Shown: piece by piece, positions 26,824-37,041 of the stretch
How positions within the stretch are numbered: position 1 is the stretch's first letter
Layout of the letters: each line of letters begins with the position of its first letter
From: an uncultured Muribaculaceae bacterium
GTDB lineage: Bacteria; Bacillota_I; Bacilli_A; RF39; UBA660
Assembly (NCBI GenBank): GCA_964398265.1
Contig: CAYNLX010000001.1
Span: 1-40,763, forward strand
Length of the DNA stretch: 40,763 bases
Reading direction: 5' to 3'
Program-made: the position numbers and the translations under genes
Notes under the pieces: model-generated
Databases searched by the model: none
Seen by the model: the letters and a program-made list of their open reading frames with translations, nothing else
Told to the model about the DNA's origin: nothing

Positions 26824-28293
26824 TTAATCTATTGGTTTCATTAGTGGAAATAATACAACATCTCTAATATTAAAGCTATCTGTTAAAACTTGTACTATTC
26901 TATCTACTCCCATTCCCCATCCACTTATAGGAGGCATACCATATTCCATAGCTTCAATATAATCATAATCCATAGGCATTGCTTCTTCATCTCCTGAAAA
27001 TTTTAATTCTGCTTGAGCAAGCAATCTTCTTTCTTGTTCAATTGGGTCAACTAATTCTGAATATGCATTAATCATTTCTTGTCCATTTATAATTAAATGA
27101 AATCTATCAGTTAATCTTGGATTATCATCATTAGCTCTTGCTAAAGGTGATAATTCTATTGGATGCTCTACTAAGAAAATTGGGTCTATTATATTAGGCC
27201 TAGCGGTTTTTTTATATAATTGATCTAATATATTACCATATCCCATATTTTCTATAGGAGTTTCGCTATCTAAATCTAATTTTTTCTCTTTTATTATTTT
27301 TAAAAGACTTTCTTTGTCTTTATAATTATCTATATCAATTCCTGAATACTCTAAAACCAAATCTCTAAAACTTACAGTTTTCCAATCTTGATCTAAATTT
27401 ATCATTTTATCTACTATTTTAATTTCTAAAGTACCAAATAAATCTTTGATAATAGTTTTTAACATATTTTCGATTAACCTCATATTATCTTTATAATTAA
27501 AATATGCTTGGTAACCTTCAATCATGGTAAAGTCCTGTAGATGTGATGTATCCATTCCTTCATTTCTAAAAACTCTTGCAACTTCAAACACTTTTGTAAA
27601 TCCACCCACTATAGCTCTTTTTAGATATGTCTCTGGAGCTATTCTTAAATAGCAATCTTGGTCTAAAGCATTATGATGGGTAATAAATGGTCTTGCTAAA
27701 GCTCCTGATGGTTTATTAGTTAATATAGGTGTTTCTATTTCTATGTAACCTAAATTTCCTAAATATTCTCGTATAGATTTTATGAAAGCAGATCTAAAAA
27801 TAAATGTTTTTCTTGAGTCTTCATTTGTTATTAGATCAACATATCTATTTCTATAACACATTTCTTGATCAGATAATCCATGAAACTTTTCTGGCAGTGG
27901 TCTTAATGCCTTTCCTAAAAATTCAAAAGTATCTGCTCTAACAGTTTTTTCTCCAGTATGAGTAGTAAATATTTCTCCTCTTACTCCAATAAAATCTCCA
28001 AGATCAAAAATGTTTTTAAATTGTTCATATCTTTCTTCACCAACTAAATCAATTTTTATAGATACTTGAATTTTTCCTTCAATATCCTGTATAGTTAAAA
28101 AAGATAATTTTCCCATTTTTCTCATTAATACAATTCTACCAGCTACACTAACATCTTTTGTTCCGTCTTCTAAGTTAGCTGCATCTTTTATTTCATAATT
28201 TGTTTCATATCTTTCTGGGTAAGGATTAGTAATATTCGATATCTCATTCATTTTTTCTCTTCTAACTAATTCTTGATCTGTAAATTCTCTCAT
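26824..28293 (-). CDS. lysS: lysine--tRNA ligase, class II
   Basis: The OB anticodon-binding N-domain reads VSVAGRIVLMRKMGKLSFLTIQD. Class II motif 2 is FEVARVFRNEG, and motif 3 is GWGMGVDRIVQVLT. The length is 489 aa. Confidence 0.96.
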   Translation of the reverse strand: MREFTDQELVRREKMNEISNITNPYPERYETNYEIKDAANLEDGTKDVSVAGRIVLMRKMGKLSFLTIQDIEGKIQVSIKIDLVGEERYEQFKNIFDLGDFIGVRGEIFTTHTGEKTVRADTFEFLGKALRPLPEKFHGLSDQEMCYRNRYVDLITNEDSRKTFIFRSAFIKSIREYLGNLGYIEIETPILTNKPSGALARPFITHHNALDQDCYLRIAPETYLKRAIVGGFTKVFEVARVFRNEGMDTSHLQDFTMIEGYQAYFNYKDNMRLIENMLKTIIKDLFGTLEIKIVDKMINLDQDWKTVSFRDLVLEYSGIDIDNYKDKESLLKIIKEKKLDLDSETPIENMGYGNILDQLYKKTARPNIIDPIFLVEHPIELSPLARANDDNPRLTDRFHLIINGQEMINAYSELVDPIEQERRLLAQAELKFSGDEEAMPMDYDYIEAMEYGMPPISGWGMGVDRIVQVLTDSFNIRDVVLFPLMKPID

Positions 28294-28339
28294 ATAATCA
28301 CTCCATCTTTATTTAGTATACTTATTTTTGATAATAAAA

Positions 28340-29182
28340 TCAATTCAATTCTTTTTTTAATGTAAAAACATCCGCTTCTCTTGTTTCTTCTTGTTTTAAA
28401 ACTTCCATTATTTCATCAATTAAATTTTGATGATATATTAAGTCTTTATCTGTCTTGTTATAAATATATATAATCTTCTTAGGCACTTTTAAATCTTCTC
28501 CGATTTCTTCCATATCTTCTTTAATATCATCGTATGTTTTTATTGTATTTAATCCATATTTTCTATCATTTATAATAATAGTTTTTCTAAATATTTCTCC
28601 ATATATAAAATCCGAATCATTTCCATCGAACAAAGAATAATCATAATTTATAAAAGTGATATAATGTTTAGTAATTGGATTGTTTAGAGATAGTTTCCTT
28701 CTATACTGAGCTACCCTAATTGGAGTTCGTTCTAGCACATAATCATATATTCTACCTTTTTTATTTCCATATTCATCTTCTTTTACGTTATATTGATGAT
28801 TAAAATATTCAATTAAAGTATGTTTTGTTTTTGCATTAAATTTTATATAAGTTGCAATTCCAGAATTGTTTTCTATTGGTCCAACTAAACATAAACTATA
28901 TGCCATAGGAGGATTAGTAGTTGAATAAGTAACTTCTCCATCGTCAGATATTTTAATATAATAATCAAATCTTTCTATTTCTGATATTAAACCGCTATTA
29001 AATAAAGAAATTCTAGTAACATTAGTAAACTCAGTATCTGCTTCTTTTTCTATTAAAAGAAAATCATAATCGGAACCTATTAAATAGTTTCCTTCTTTAA
29101 TCTTATATATTATTTTTAATTTACTTAAATTTTTTCTCCCATAATAATAAACCCATAAACCTTTTAACTCTTCTTCATTCAT
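28340..29182 (-). CDS. hypothetical cytoplasmic protein, no recognised family
   Basis: 280-aa ORF with SD GGGTGA 6 nt upstream. There is no signal peptide or TM. It ends 46 nt upstream of lysS with no hairpin between them. Confidence 0.65.
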   Translation of the reverse strand: MNEEELKGLWVYYYGRKNLSKLKIIYKIKEGNYLIGSDYDFLLIEKEADTEFTNVTRISLFNSGLISEIERFDYYIKISDDGEVTYSTTNPPMAYSLCLVGPIENNSGIATYIKFNAKTKHTLIEYFNHQYNVKEDEYGNKKGRIYDYVLERTPIRVAQYRRKLSLNNPITKHYITFINYDYSLFDGNDSDFIYGEIFRKTIIINDRKYGLNTIKTYDDIKEDMEEIGEDLKVPKKIIYIYNKTDKDLIYHQNLIDEIMEVLKQEETREADVFTLKKELN

Positions 29183-29239
29183 AAAAATTCACCCGGTTTT
29201 ATATTATATAAAAAAATTTTTAAAATAACAAGATTATAT

Positions 29240-29268
29240 TTGAACTATTACTGTTTTTTCTTTATAAT
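29240..29268 (+). promoter_or_regulatory. candidate sigma-A promoter of the ABC exporter operon (TTGAAC-17-TATAAT)
   Basis: TTGAAC (29240-29245), 17-nt spacer, TATAAT (29263-29268). The GGAGG SD and ATG 29299 follow. Confidence 0.45.
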
Positions 29269-29298
29269 ATATGTATATATTAATTTTTTGGAGGATAA

Positions 29299-31023
29299 AT
29301 GATAAAATATTCAATTAAAAATTATTGGAAATTTATAATAATTATTATTATTTTAACTATATTTCAAGTTTTAGCAAATCTAGAATTGCCTTCCTATATG
29401 GCGGATATTGTAGCAAATGGAATTGCAAAATTAAATCAATCTTATATTTATAGAATCGGTATTAAAATGTTAGCAGTTTCCTTGCTAGGAACTTTATTTG
29501 GCATTCTTTGTAATTTTGTTACTAGTATTTATGCAGCTAAATTTTCTAAAGATTTGAGAAATTCAACTTTTAAAAAAGTAATTGAAATGGATCAAGAAAA
29601 TATTAATAAATTTGATACATCAAGCTTAATAACAAGATGTACAAATGATATTAATCAAGTACAAATGTTTTCAACTATGTTTTTTAAAATGATTTTTTTT
29701 ACATTCTTTATGGGAACAGGTGGAATATTAAAAGCTGTAGAAAAATCTTCAGGGATGTCATCCTTAGCAATAGCTATTTTAATTGCTGTTTCTTTTGTTG
29801 GATTAATACTTTATATTGTATATAAAACCATAATTCCGAAGTTTGAAATCATACAAAAACTTATAGATAAAATAAATAATAAATTTAGAGAAAATTTAAA
29901 TGGTATTTTGGTAATAAGATCGTTAAATAAACAAAAATATGAAGAAAAAAGTTTTAATAATATTAACTCAAATTTCTCTAATACAAATTATTTTATTAGC
30001 AAAGTAATGTCTGCTACTGATCCACTTTTATTATTTATTATTAATACTGTTTCTATTGCAATAATATGTATAGTATCAGTCGAAGCTAGTAGTATAATAG
30101 AAATTAGTAATATGATAGCCTTTTTACAATACGCCACTGATATTTTAATGTCGTTCTTTCTTTTAACATTAATATTTTTTATTCTTCCTAGAGCAGTTAT
30201 TTCTTTTAAAAGAATCAAAGAAGTTTTAGATGAAGAAAATAATATAGTTAATGGAAAATTAAAACCAAAAAAATTAAAAGGTAAAATAGAATTTAAAGAC
30301 TTATGTTTTAAATATCCTAAATCAGAAAGTTATATATTAAAAAATATAAATTTAATAATAAATCCAGGTGAAACAATTGCATTTGTAGGAAGCACTGGAA
30401 GTGGAAAAAGCACTTTAGTAAATATGATTCCAAGATTATATGATGCAACCGAAGGAGAATTGTTAATAGACAATAAAAGCATTAAAAAATATGATATATA
30501 TTCTCTTAGAAAAAACATATCATTTGTTACGCAAAAAGCAATACTTTTTTCTGGAACTATAAAATCCAACATATTAAATGGTAATGAAAAAGCAACTGAT
30601 AAGGAAATAATTTTATCCACAAAAAACAGTGAATCATACAGTTTTATTAATAAAAAGGAAGATAAATTTAATTCTAAGATATCTCAATCTGGTACAAATA
30701 TTTCAGGAGGTCAAAAACAAAGATTAGCTATTTCAAGAGCTTTGGTCAAAAAAAGTAACATAATAATTTTTGATGATTCGTTTTCTGCTTTAGATTTTAA
30801 AACGGACTATAAAATTAGAAAGAACTTATTTAAATTTTATTCAAATAAAACTATTTTAATTGTAGCTCAAAGAATTGGAACTATAATAAATGCAGATAAA
30901 ATAATTGTATTAGATAATGGAAACATTGTGGGTATAGGAACTCATTCAGATTTATTAGAAAATTGTCAAATTTATAAGGAGATTGCACTTTCCCAATTAA
31001 ATAAGGAGGAATTATATGAATAA
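29299..31023 (+). CDS. ABC exporter permease/ATPase, degenerate-site half of a heterodimer
   Basis: A six-TM exporter domain is fused to an NBD. Walker A is GSTGSGKST and the signature is ISGGQKQR. After Walker B it reads IIIFDDS (Asp in place of the catalytic Glu). The H-loop is VAQRIGT (Gln in place of His). Confidence 0.9.
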   Translation: MIKYSIKNYWKFIIIIIILTIFQVLANLELPSYMADIVANGIAKLNQSYIYRIGIKMLAVSLLGTLFGILCNFVTSIYAAKFSKDLRNSTFKKVIEMDQENINKFDTSSLITRCTNDINQVQMFSTMFFKMIFFTFFMGTGGILKAVEKSSGMSSLAIAILIAVSFVGLILYIVYKTIIPKFEIIQKLIDKINNKFRENLNGILVIRSLNKQKYEEKSFNNINSNFSNTNYFISKVMSATDPLLLFIINTVSIAIICIVSVEASSIIEISNMIAFLQYATDILMSFFLLTLIFFILPRAVISFKRIKEVLDEENNIVNGKLKPKKLKGKIEFKDLCFKYPKSESYILKNINLIINPGETIAFVGSTGSGKSTLVNMIPRLYDATEGELLIDNKSIKKYDIYSLRKNISFVTQKAILFSGTIKSNILNGNEKATDKEIILSTKNSESYSFINKKEDKFNSKISQSGTNISGGQKQRLAISRALVKKSNIIIFDDSFSALDFKTDYKIRKNLFKFYSNKTILIVAQRIGTIINADKIIVLDNGNIVGIGTHSDLLENCQIYKEIALSQLNKEELYE

Positions 31024-32806
31024 TAGAAGACTTCTTAAAAATAATGAGAAACCAAAAAATTATAAACAAAATATTAAAAGACTCTTATCTTATATTAAAC
31101 CATTTAGAATATTAATTATTATAGCTTTTATACTTGCTATAATCAGTGCTATTTCAAATGTAATTATTCCAACATTGCTGGGAAATGCTACAGATGAAAT
31201 AATAAATTCTATAACAATAAATACTAAAAGTACAAAATTATTAGGAATAATTATTTGTGCTGTAATAGTGATAATAATCTGCGCAATTTGTGGAATAATT
31301 GAGGGATTAATAATGAGTAAAATTAGTAAGGAAATTGGTTTTAGATTAAGAAAAGAAATTAATGAAAAGATAAATAAATTACCTCTTTCATATTTTGATT
31401 TAACTAATAACGGAGAAATACTTAGCTTTGTTACCAATGATGTTGATACAATAACTTCGAATTTATCTACTAGTTTAACCAGTATAATATCATCTTTTAT
31501 TTTACTTATTGGATCAGCTATTATGATGTTTATTATAAGTGTTCCAATGACATTAGTGATTCTGATTTCTATACCTATATGTATAATTATAATGATATTA
31601 TTCATATCAAAAGGGCAAAAACATTTTGATAAATATCAAAAGTATTTAGGATATATAAATAGTCATATTGAAGAATCATATTCAGGTCAAGCAACAATTA
31701 AATTGTATAATATGGAAAAAAATAAAATTGATAAAATGCATGAATTAAATGAAACATTATATGAATCGTCATGGAAGAGTCAGTTTTATTCTTCCTCTAT
31801 ACAACCTATATTAAAATTTTTAGGTAATTTTGGATATTTTGTAGGTTGCGCTTTGGGAGGATATTTCATTATTAAAGGCAAAAGCTTAACCATTGGAAAA
31901 GTTCAAGCATTTGTCCAGTATGCAAAAACATTTAATAGACCATTATCTGAACTTTCATCTCTTACCGGTGTATTCCAACAAACTATATCTGCAAGTGAAA
32001 GAATATTTAATTATTTAGACCAGCCTGAAGAAAAAGATTATATTAATTCTAATGTAGAGTTAATAAATATAAAAGGAAATATAGAATTTAAAAATGTTAA
32101 TTTCGGATACAATAAAAATAAAACTATAATTAATAATTTTAATTTAAAAATAAAACCTAATCAAAAAATAGCTATTGTTGGTCCTACCGGAGCTGGTAAA
32201 ACAACCATAGTAAAATTATTGATGAACTATTATGATTTAATAGATGGAAATATTTATTTAGATAGAATTGATATTAACGATTTATCAAAAGAAAAATTGA
32301 GAAATAATATTGGTATGGTTTTACAAGATCCATGGATATTCGAAGGTACTATATATGAAAATGTTGCCTATGGAAAAAAAAATTGTAAGAAAGCTGAAGT
32401 GGAAGCTGCACTAGAGTTGGCTAATGCAAAGCATTTTATATCAACTTTACCTGAAGGATATAATTTTAAAATTAATGAATCTACAAATAATATTTCTGAT
32501 GGAGAAAAACAATTAATTACTATTGCAAGAACAATATTAAATAATCCAAAAATATTAATACTAGATGAGGCAACTTCAGCAGTAGATACGAGAACTGAAG
32601 TATTAATTCAAAAAGCAATGATTAATCTAATGAAAGATAAAACTTGTTTTATAATTGCACATAGATTATCTACAATTAAAGAATCAGATTTGATTATTGT
32701 TATGAATCATGGTGATGTAGTTGAAACAGGTACCCATAACGATTTATTAAAAAAACAAGGCTTTTATTACGATATGTATAATAGTCAATTTGGAATAATA
32801 AAATAA
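31016..32806 (+). CDS. ABC exporter permease/ATPase, consensus-site half of a heterodimer
   Basis: It overlaps the upstream gene by 8 nt and has SD AAGGAGG. Walker A is GPTGAGKTT, Walker B is ILILDEATSAVD with the catalytic Glu, and the H-loop is IAHRLST. The signature is degenerate (ISDGEKQ instead of LSGGQ). Confidence 0.9.
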   Translation: MNNRRLLKNNEKPKNYKQNIKRLLSYIKPFRILIIIAFILAIISAISNVIIPTLLGNATDEIINSITINTKSTKLLGIIICAVIVIIICAICGIIEGLIMSKISKEIGFRLRKEINEKINKLPLSYFDLTNNGEILSFVTNDVDTITSNLSTSLTSIISSFILLIGSAIMMFIISVPMTLVILISIPICIIIMILFISKGQKHFDKYQKYLGYINSHIEESYSGQATIKLYNMEKNKIDKMHELNETLYESSWKSQFYSSSIQPILKFLGNFGYFVGCALGGYFIIKGKSLTIGKVQAFVQYAKTFNRPLSELSSLTGVFQQTISASERIFNYLDQPEEKDYINSNVELINIKGNIEFKNVNFGYNKNKTIINNFNLKIKPNQKIAIVGPTGAGKTTIVKLLMNYYDLIDGNIYLDRIDINDLSKEKLRNNIGMVLQDPWIFEGTIYENVAYGKKNCKKAEVEAALELANAKHFISTLPEGYNFKINESTNNISDGEKQLITIARTILNNPKILILDEATSAVDTRTEVLIQKAMINLMKDKTCFIIAHRLSTIKESDLIIVMNHGDVVETGTHNDLLKKQGFYYDMYNSQFGIIK

Positions 32807-32830
32807 ACGAAGTTAATCTTCGTTTATTTT
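32805..32830. terminator. bidirectional terminator between the ABC operon and the zinc-ribbon gene
   Basis: aaacgaag-ttaat-cttcgttt is an 8-bp stem with 3 G-C pairs. It is T-rich after the stem on both strands. Confidence 0.6.
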
Positions 32831-33330
32831 ATAATTTTTTTTGATATGTATTCTCCATATTTTCCTATAAAAGGCAATGGAGTATTTTTTTCATCATCTG
32901 AAGTTTTAATTCCCTTATAAATTAAAAATCCTATAGATACTAACAAAGCTAACGTAAATAATCCTGTAATAAAACTTGCAAAAGGACTTACTATTACTTC
33001 CTTATATGCTATACCCCAAACATAACTTGTTTTTTCATACGTTAATAATGATTTTATTAATCTATTTACTAAACTTACAATAAGTGATGAAGATATAATA
33101 TAAACAGATAATATAATTCCTTGACCAATATGATATTTCAGACTTTTTTGTTTTTTTTCTGGAACAAAGAAACCTATAACCCATAAAAAGCCAACATAAC
33201 ATAATATTTTATATAATTGTAATCTGCTTACATTTATGGATATTTCGCCTTCTACAAAAGACCTACCGCATTCTTTGCAATACTTAACTCCTTTTTTATT
33301 TTTAGTTTTACATTCAGGACATTCAATCAT
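32824..33330 (-). CDS. zinc-ribbon domain membrane protein
   Basis: The N-terminal CPECKTKNKKGVKYCKECG is a CxxC..CxxC zinc ribbon, followed by four hydrophobic spans. SD GAGGTG is upstream. Confidence 0.6.
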   Translation of the reverse strand: MIECPECKTKNKKGVKYCKECGRSFVEGEISINVSRLQLYKILCYVGFLWVIGFFVPEKKQKSLKYHIGQGIILSVYIISSSLIVSLVNRLIKSLLTYEKTSYVWGIAYKEVIVSPFASFITGLFTLALLVSIGFLIYKGIKTSDDEKNTPLPFIGKYGEYISKKIIK

Positions 33331-33411
33331 GTAAAAGCACCTCTATTCTTTTTTTTATTATAATACATTTTTTTAAATATTTCTACACATATTAATAAAA
33401 AAAGGTGAACT

Positions 33412-34779
33412 ATGATAATAGAAAAATTAAAAAAAGAAACAAATTTCAACAAAAGTATTATATATAGGGAGATTAAAATTAATAATGAGCTTCTGTATAT
33501 TATATATTTTGACCCATTAATATCAAGTAATTCTGTCTCAGATTTTATAATAAAAAGTATTGTAAATATTAAATATAAAAGAAAAAATACAATTAAACAA
33601 ATATTTAATAATATTTCTAATTTTAAAGTGGAATTTGTATATGACTATGAAAAATTATGTTTATTATTAAATTCTGGATTCACAATTATTACAGATGAAA
33701 AAGAAGAAAACATTATTTCATTAGAAACTAAAAAGAATTTAGCTAGAACTCCTAGTCCATCAGATACGGAAAATTCTTTAAGAGGTTCTAAAGATTCACT
33801 AACTGAGGATTACCAAACTAATATTGGCTTAGTAAAAAAAAGAATTAAAACTAATAATTTATGGATTAAAGACTTAGAAATAGGAGATATTACTAAAACT
33901 AAAATTGGAATATTATACATTAATAATATAGTTAATAAAGAAATACTAAAGGAATTGTTAACAAGAATAAAATCAATAGATGTTAAGGGAATTGTAGATA
34001 GTGGAACTATAAAAAAAGAAATTGACTATAACTCTAATATAGTATTTCCTACAATATACACAACCGAAAGAACTGATATAGTATCTCATGCGCTTTTAAA
34101 AGGAAAAATAGTTATAATAGTGGATAATGGTCCTTATGCATTAATTTTACCTAATGACTTAAATGATTTTATTATTTCTGGTGAAGATTATTATACAAAA
34201 AATATAAATGTTTCTTTTACAAGAGCACTTAAATACTTAGCTTTTTTTATCTCTATGACTATACCTGCAATATATATAGCTTTAATTACTTATAATCAAG
34301 AAATAATTCCAAACGAATTATTAATAAGTTTTGCAACTCAAAGAAGCGGTGTTCCGTTCCCAGCATTTTTTGAAGCTTTTTTAATGATAATCGTTTTTGA
34401 AATATTGAAAGAAAGCGATTTAAGAGTTCCTAGTTTTACTGGAAGTTCTCTTTCCATTGTTGGAGCTTTAATCCTAGGCGAAGCTGCAGTTAATGCTGGG
34501 ATTGTGTCTCCAATTTTAATTATTATTGTTGCACTTACTGCTATTTGTTCTCTTTCTTTTTCTGAACCGGATTTAATGAATGGATTAAGATGGTATAGGA
34601 TATTATTTATGATTGGAGCTTCTCTTTTAGGAATTGTTGGTGTAGTAATTATATTTATCTTCTTTTCTATAAAAATGATAAGTATTGAATCTTTTGGAGT
34701 ACCCTATTTAACGCCATATTTTCCGCCCAATTTAAATGGATTAAAAGATAGTATAATAAAAATTTGGAAAAGGAATTAA
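33412..34779 (+). CDS. spore germinant receptor A subunit (GerA/GerKA family)
   Basis: The soluble N-domain is followed by a membrane domain with the family string QRSGVPFPAFFEAFLMIIVFEILKESDLRVP. SD AGGTGA is upstream. Confidence 0.88.
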   Translation: MIIEKLKKETNFNKSIIYREIKINNELLYIIYFDPLISSNSVSDFIIKSIVNIKYKRKNTIKQIFNNISNFKVEFVYDYEKLCLLLNSGFTIITDEKEENIISLETKKNLARTPSPSDTENSLRGSKDSLTEDYQTNIGLVKKRIKTNNLWIKDLEIGDITKTKIGILYINNIVNKEILKELLTRIKSIDVKGIVDSGTIKKEIDYNSNIVFPTIYTTERTDIVSHALLKGKIVIIVDNGPYALILPNDLNDFIISGEDYYTKNINVSFTRALKYLAFFISMTIPAIYIALITYNQEIIPNELLISFATQRSGVPFPAFFEAFLMIIVFEILKESDLRVPSFTGSSLSIVGALILGEAAVNAGIVSPILIIIVALTAICSLSFSEPDLMNGLRWYRILFMIGASLLGIVGVVIIFIFFSIKMISIESFGVPYLTPYFPPNLNGLKDSIIKIWKRN

Positions 34780-34783
34780 TAAT

Positions 34784-35947
34784 ATGAAAATAATAAAAAT
34801 ACTATTAATTATTATTATTTGTAGTTTATTAACTGGTTGTTATAATTATAGAGAGTTAAATGATCTAGCCATTGTATCTGCAGTTGCTGTTGATAAAATT
34901 AACGATCAATATAAAGTATCGGTTCAAGTAATTAATATTCAAAAAACTGACTCGGGAGCATCTGATTCAAATATACCAAAATTTACTGTATACTCTAAAA
35001 CAGGTAATACTATTCAAGAAGCAATAAGAAATATTATTAATGAATCATCAAAAAGAATATATGCTAATCATGTAAGATTAGTTGTTTTTGGAGAAAGTTT
35101 AGCAAAAGAAGGAATATATAATATATTGGATATTTTTATAAGAGATACTGAATCTAGAAAACAATTTTATTTAATGATATCTAAAGATATTGATGCTTTA
35201 TCTATTATATCTACAATAACTCCTAATGAATTATTAAACGCTACAAATATAGTAGATAGCCTAAAATCTAATAAAGTAAATATAGGTAGCTCCATAAATT
35301 TAACATATGAGGATATATTAGATTTATATTTGAATGATAGAACTGAAGTAATAATCCCTTCAGTAACTATTAAAAATAAAAACTCTGAGAATGATGAATT
35401 AAATAATATAAAACAATCTGAAGTCAATAATTTAATAGAATTATCTTCCATGTCATATTTTAAAGAAGATAAATTAATGGGATACTTGGATGAAAATGAA
35501 AGCATTGCTTTATCTTTTATTCTTAATAATATTAAAAAAACAGTTTTAACAATAGAATGTGGAGATAAAAAATATGCATCGTTAGAAATATCTGAAACAA
35601 AAGTAAAAAAGAAAAATAATAAGAATATTATTAATATTAATATTACTGGAACAGCTGCAATAAATGAAATTAATTGTAATTTTGATTTAGAAAAAAGCGA
35701 AGAATTAAAAAAAATAGACAAATTAGTTAATAATAAAATAGAAAATAACATAAATAATCTTTTTAAAAAAATGAAAGAAGAAAATATTGATATTTTTAAA
35801 TTTAAAGATTTAATCTATAAAAATAATTATAAGTATTATAAAAATAATAATATACAATTAAATAATATTAAAGTAAATATTAATTCTAATATTAAAATCG
35901 ATAGTAAAGGATCTACTATAAAGGTGATTAAATATGAAAAAAACTAG
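34784..35947 (+). CDS. spore germinant receptor C subunit lipoprotein (Ger(x)C family)
   Basis: The lipobox LLTGC is followed by YNYRELNDLAIVSAVAVD, the canonical Ger(x)C start. It begins 4 nt after the A subunit. Confidence 0.88.
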   Translation: MKIIKILLIIIICSLLTGCYNYRELNDLAIVSAVAVDKINDQYKVSVQVINIQKTDSGASDSNIPKFTVYSKTGNTIQEAIRNIINESSKRIYANHVRLVVFGESLAKEGIYNILDIFIRDTESRKQFYLMISKDIDALSIISTITPNELLNATNIVDSLKSNKVNIGSSINLTYEDILDLYLNDRTEVIIPSVTIKNKNSENDELNNIKQSEVNNLIELSSMSYFKEDKLMGYLDENESIALSFILNNIKKTVLTIECGDKKYASLEISETKVKKKNNKNIININITGTAAINEINCNFDLEKSEELKKIDKLVNNKIENNINNLFKKMKEENIDIFKFKDLIYKNNYKYYKNNNIQLNNIKVNINSNIKIDSKGSTIKVIKYEKN

Positions 35948-36995
35948 TTCAATTAATTTTTATAGTACTTTTATTATATTTTTAGTTTCTTCATTTTTAG
36001 GAGTGGGTATATTTACTTTATTACAAATATCATCAACAGACGCAATTATTTCATTACTTATTGTAATATTTTTTGGAGGATTAATATTATTTTTATTTAT
36101 TAAAGTTTTTAATTATATGCCAGATTTGTCTATAGAAGAAAAAACAATTTATATTTTTGGCAAAAAAATAGGAAAACTATTTAACATAATTTATACTTTT
36201 ATTATATATACAATATGTTTATCGTTTTGTTATAGTTTATCTCATTTTATATCATCACAATTTTTATCTGATACTCCTCCTATTTTTATAATGATATTAT
36301 TTGCAGTATTAATTGTATATATAAATATTAAAGGAATAAACACTATATTAAATAGTTCTTTGTTATTTATTTTAATGAATATTTTTTTGTTATCTATAGC
36401 TATAATTTGGCTTTCTCCTTCAATGGAAATTGAAAATCTTAAGCCTCTGTTTGTTACAAAAAGTTCTAAAATATTTGAATCAGCTATTAAAGTAATATTA
36501 CTAAATACCACTCCAATTTTTAGTATTTTGGTTATTCCAAAAAATAAAGTATCAAATTATAAAGCTAAAAACTTAATAAAAAGTTATTGTTTCGCGTCAA
36601 TAATAACTTTATTAGTATTAATAATTACATTAGGAAATTTAGGTATTTACTTATCTGATATATATCAATATCCTGAATACGCCGTTTTAAGAAGAATAAA
36701 TGTATTTAATATAATAGAAAAGATAGAAAATATTATTGCATTGCAATGGATATTCGGATTATTTTATGTAGCTTCATTTTCTGTATATTCCATAACAAAA
36801 ACCATTAAAATAAAAATAAATGTAATTAACATGTTATTACTAGTAACAAGCATTGTGTTTTTTTCTTTCAAAATATATAAAGATAGCACTACTTTTAATA
36901 CAATAACTACAAACTATATTCCATATATAATAGCTATATTAGTATTATTAATTATTATAATTTCTATAGGAGCTATTTTTAAAAAGAATAAATAA
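35934..36995 (+). CDS. spore germinant receptor B subunit (GerAB-type APC-superfamily permease)
   Basis: It has ~10 TM spans and overlaps the C subunit by 14 nt. SD AAGGTGA is upstream. Length and operon position fit GerAB-type proteins. Confidence 0.8.
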   Translation: MKKTSSINFYSTFIIFLVSSFLGVGIFTLLQISSTDAIISLLIVIFFGGLILFLFIKVFNYMPDLSIEEKTIYIFGKKIGKLFNIIYTFIIYTICLSFCYSLSHFISSQFLSDTPPIFIMILFAVLIVYINIKGINTILNSSLLFILMNIFLLSIAIIWLSPSMEIENLKPLFVTKSSKIFESAIKVILLNTTPIFSILVIPKNKVSNYKAKNLIKSYCFASIITLLVLIITLGNLGIYLSDIYQYPEYAVLRRINVFNIIEKIENIIALQWIFGLFYVASFSVYSITKTIKIKINVINMLLLVTSIVFFSFKIYKDSTTFNTITTNYIPYIIAILVLLIIIISIGAIFKKNK

Positions 36996-37015
36996 TTTAT
37001 TATAATGTAATAATG

Positions 37016-37024
37016 TGCTATAAT
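37016..37024 (+). promoter_or_regulatory. extended -10 promoter (TGCTATAAT) of the small basic ORF
   Basis: TGCTATAAT lies 17 nt upstream of ATG 37042, with GGAGG (37032-37036) in between. Confidence 0.5.
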
Positions 37025-37041
37025 TATTCTCGGAGGTTAAT

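Noticed and set aside
28294-28339. A T-box or other leader upstream of lysS.
   Set aside because: The gap is only 46 nt. It holds an SD and no specifier or antiterminator-like structure.
31090-31605. Long antisense ORFs inside well-supported genes: 171 aa here, 194 aa at 35167-35751, 132 aa at 18010-18408, 122 aa at 23878-24246 and others in the track.
   Set aside because: Each lies wholly inside a CDS with strong family motifs on the other strand. The products are I/L/F/S-rich, typical of antisense frames in AT-rich genomes, and none has an SD.
33388-33394. CATATTA upstream of gerXA, considered as a sigma-G type -10 (CATnnTA).
   Set aside because: There is no GnATR-type -35 at 17-18 nt; the nearest TAATA is 22 nt away. 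The box also ends only 17 nt before the ATG, leaving almost no leader. The motif is too degenerate to call in this composition.
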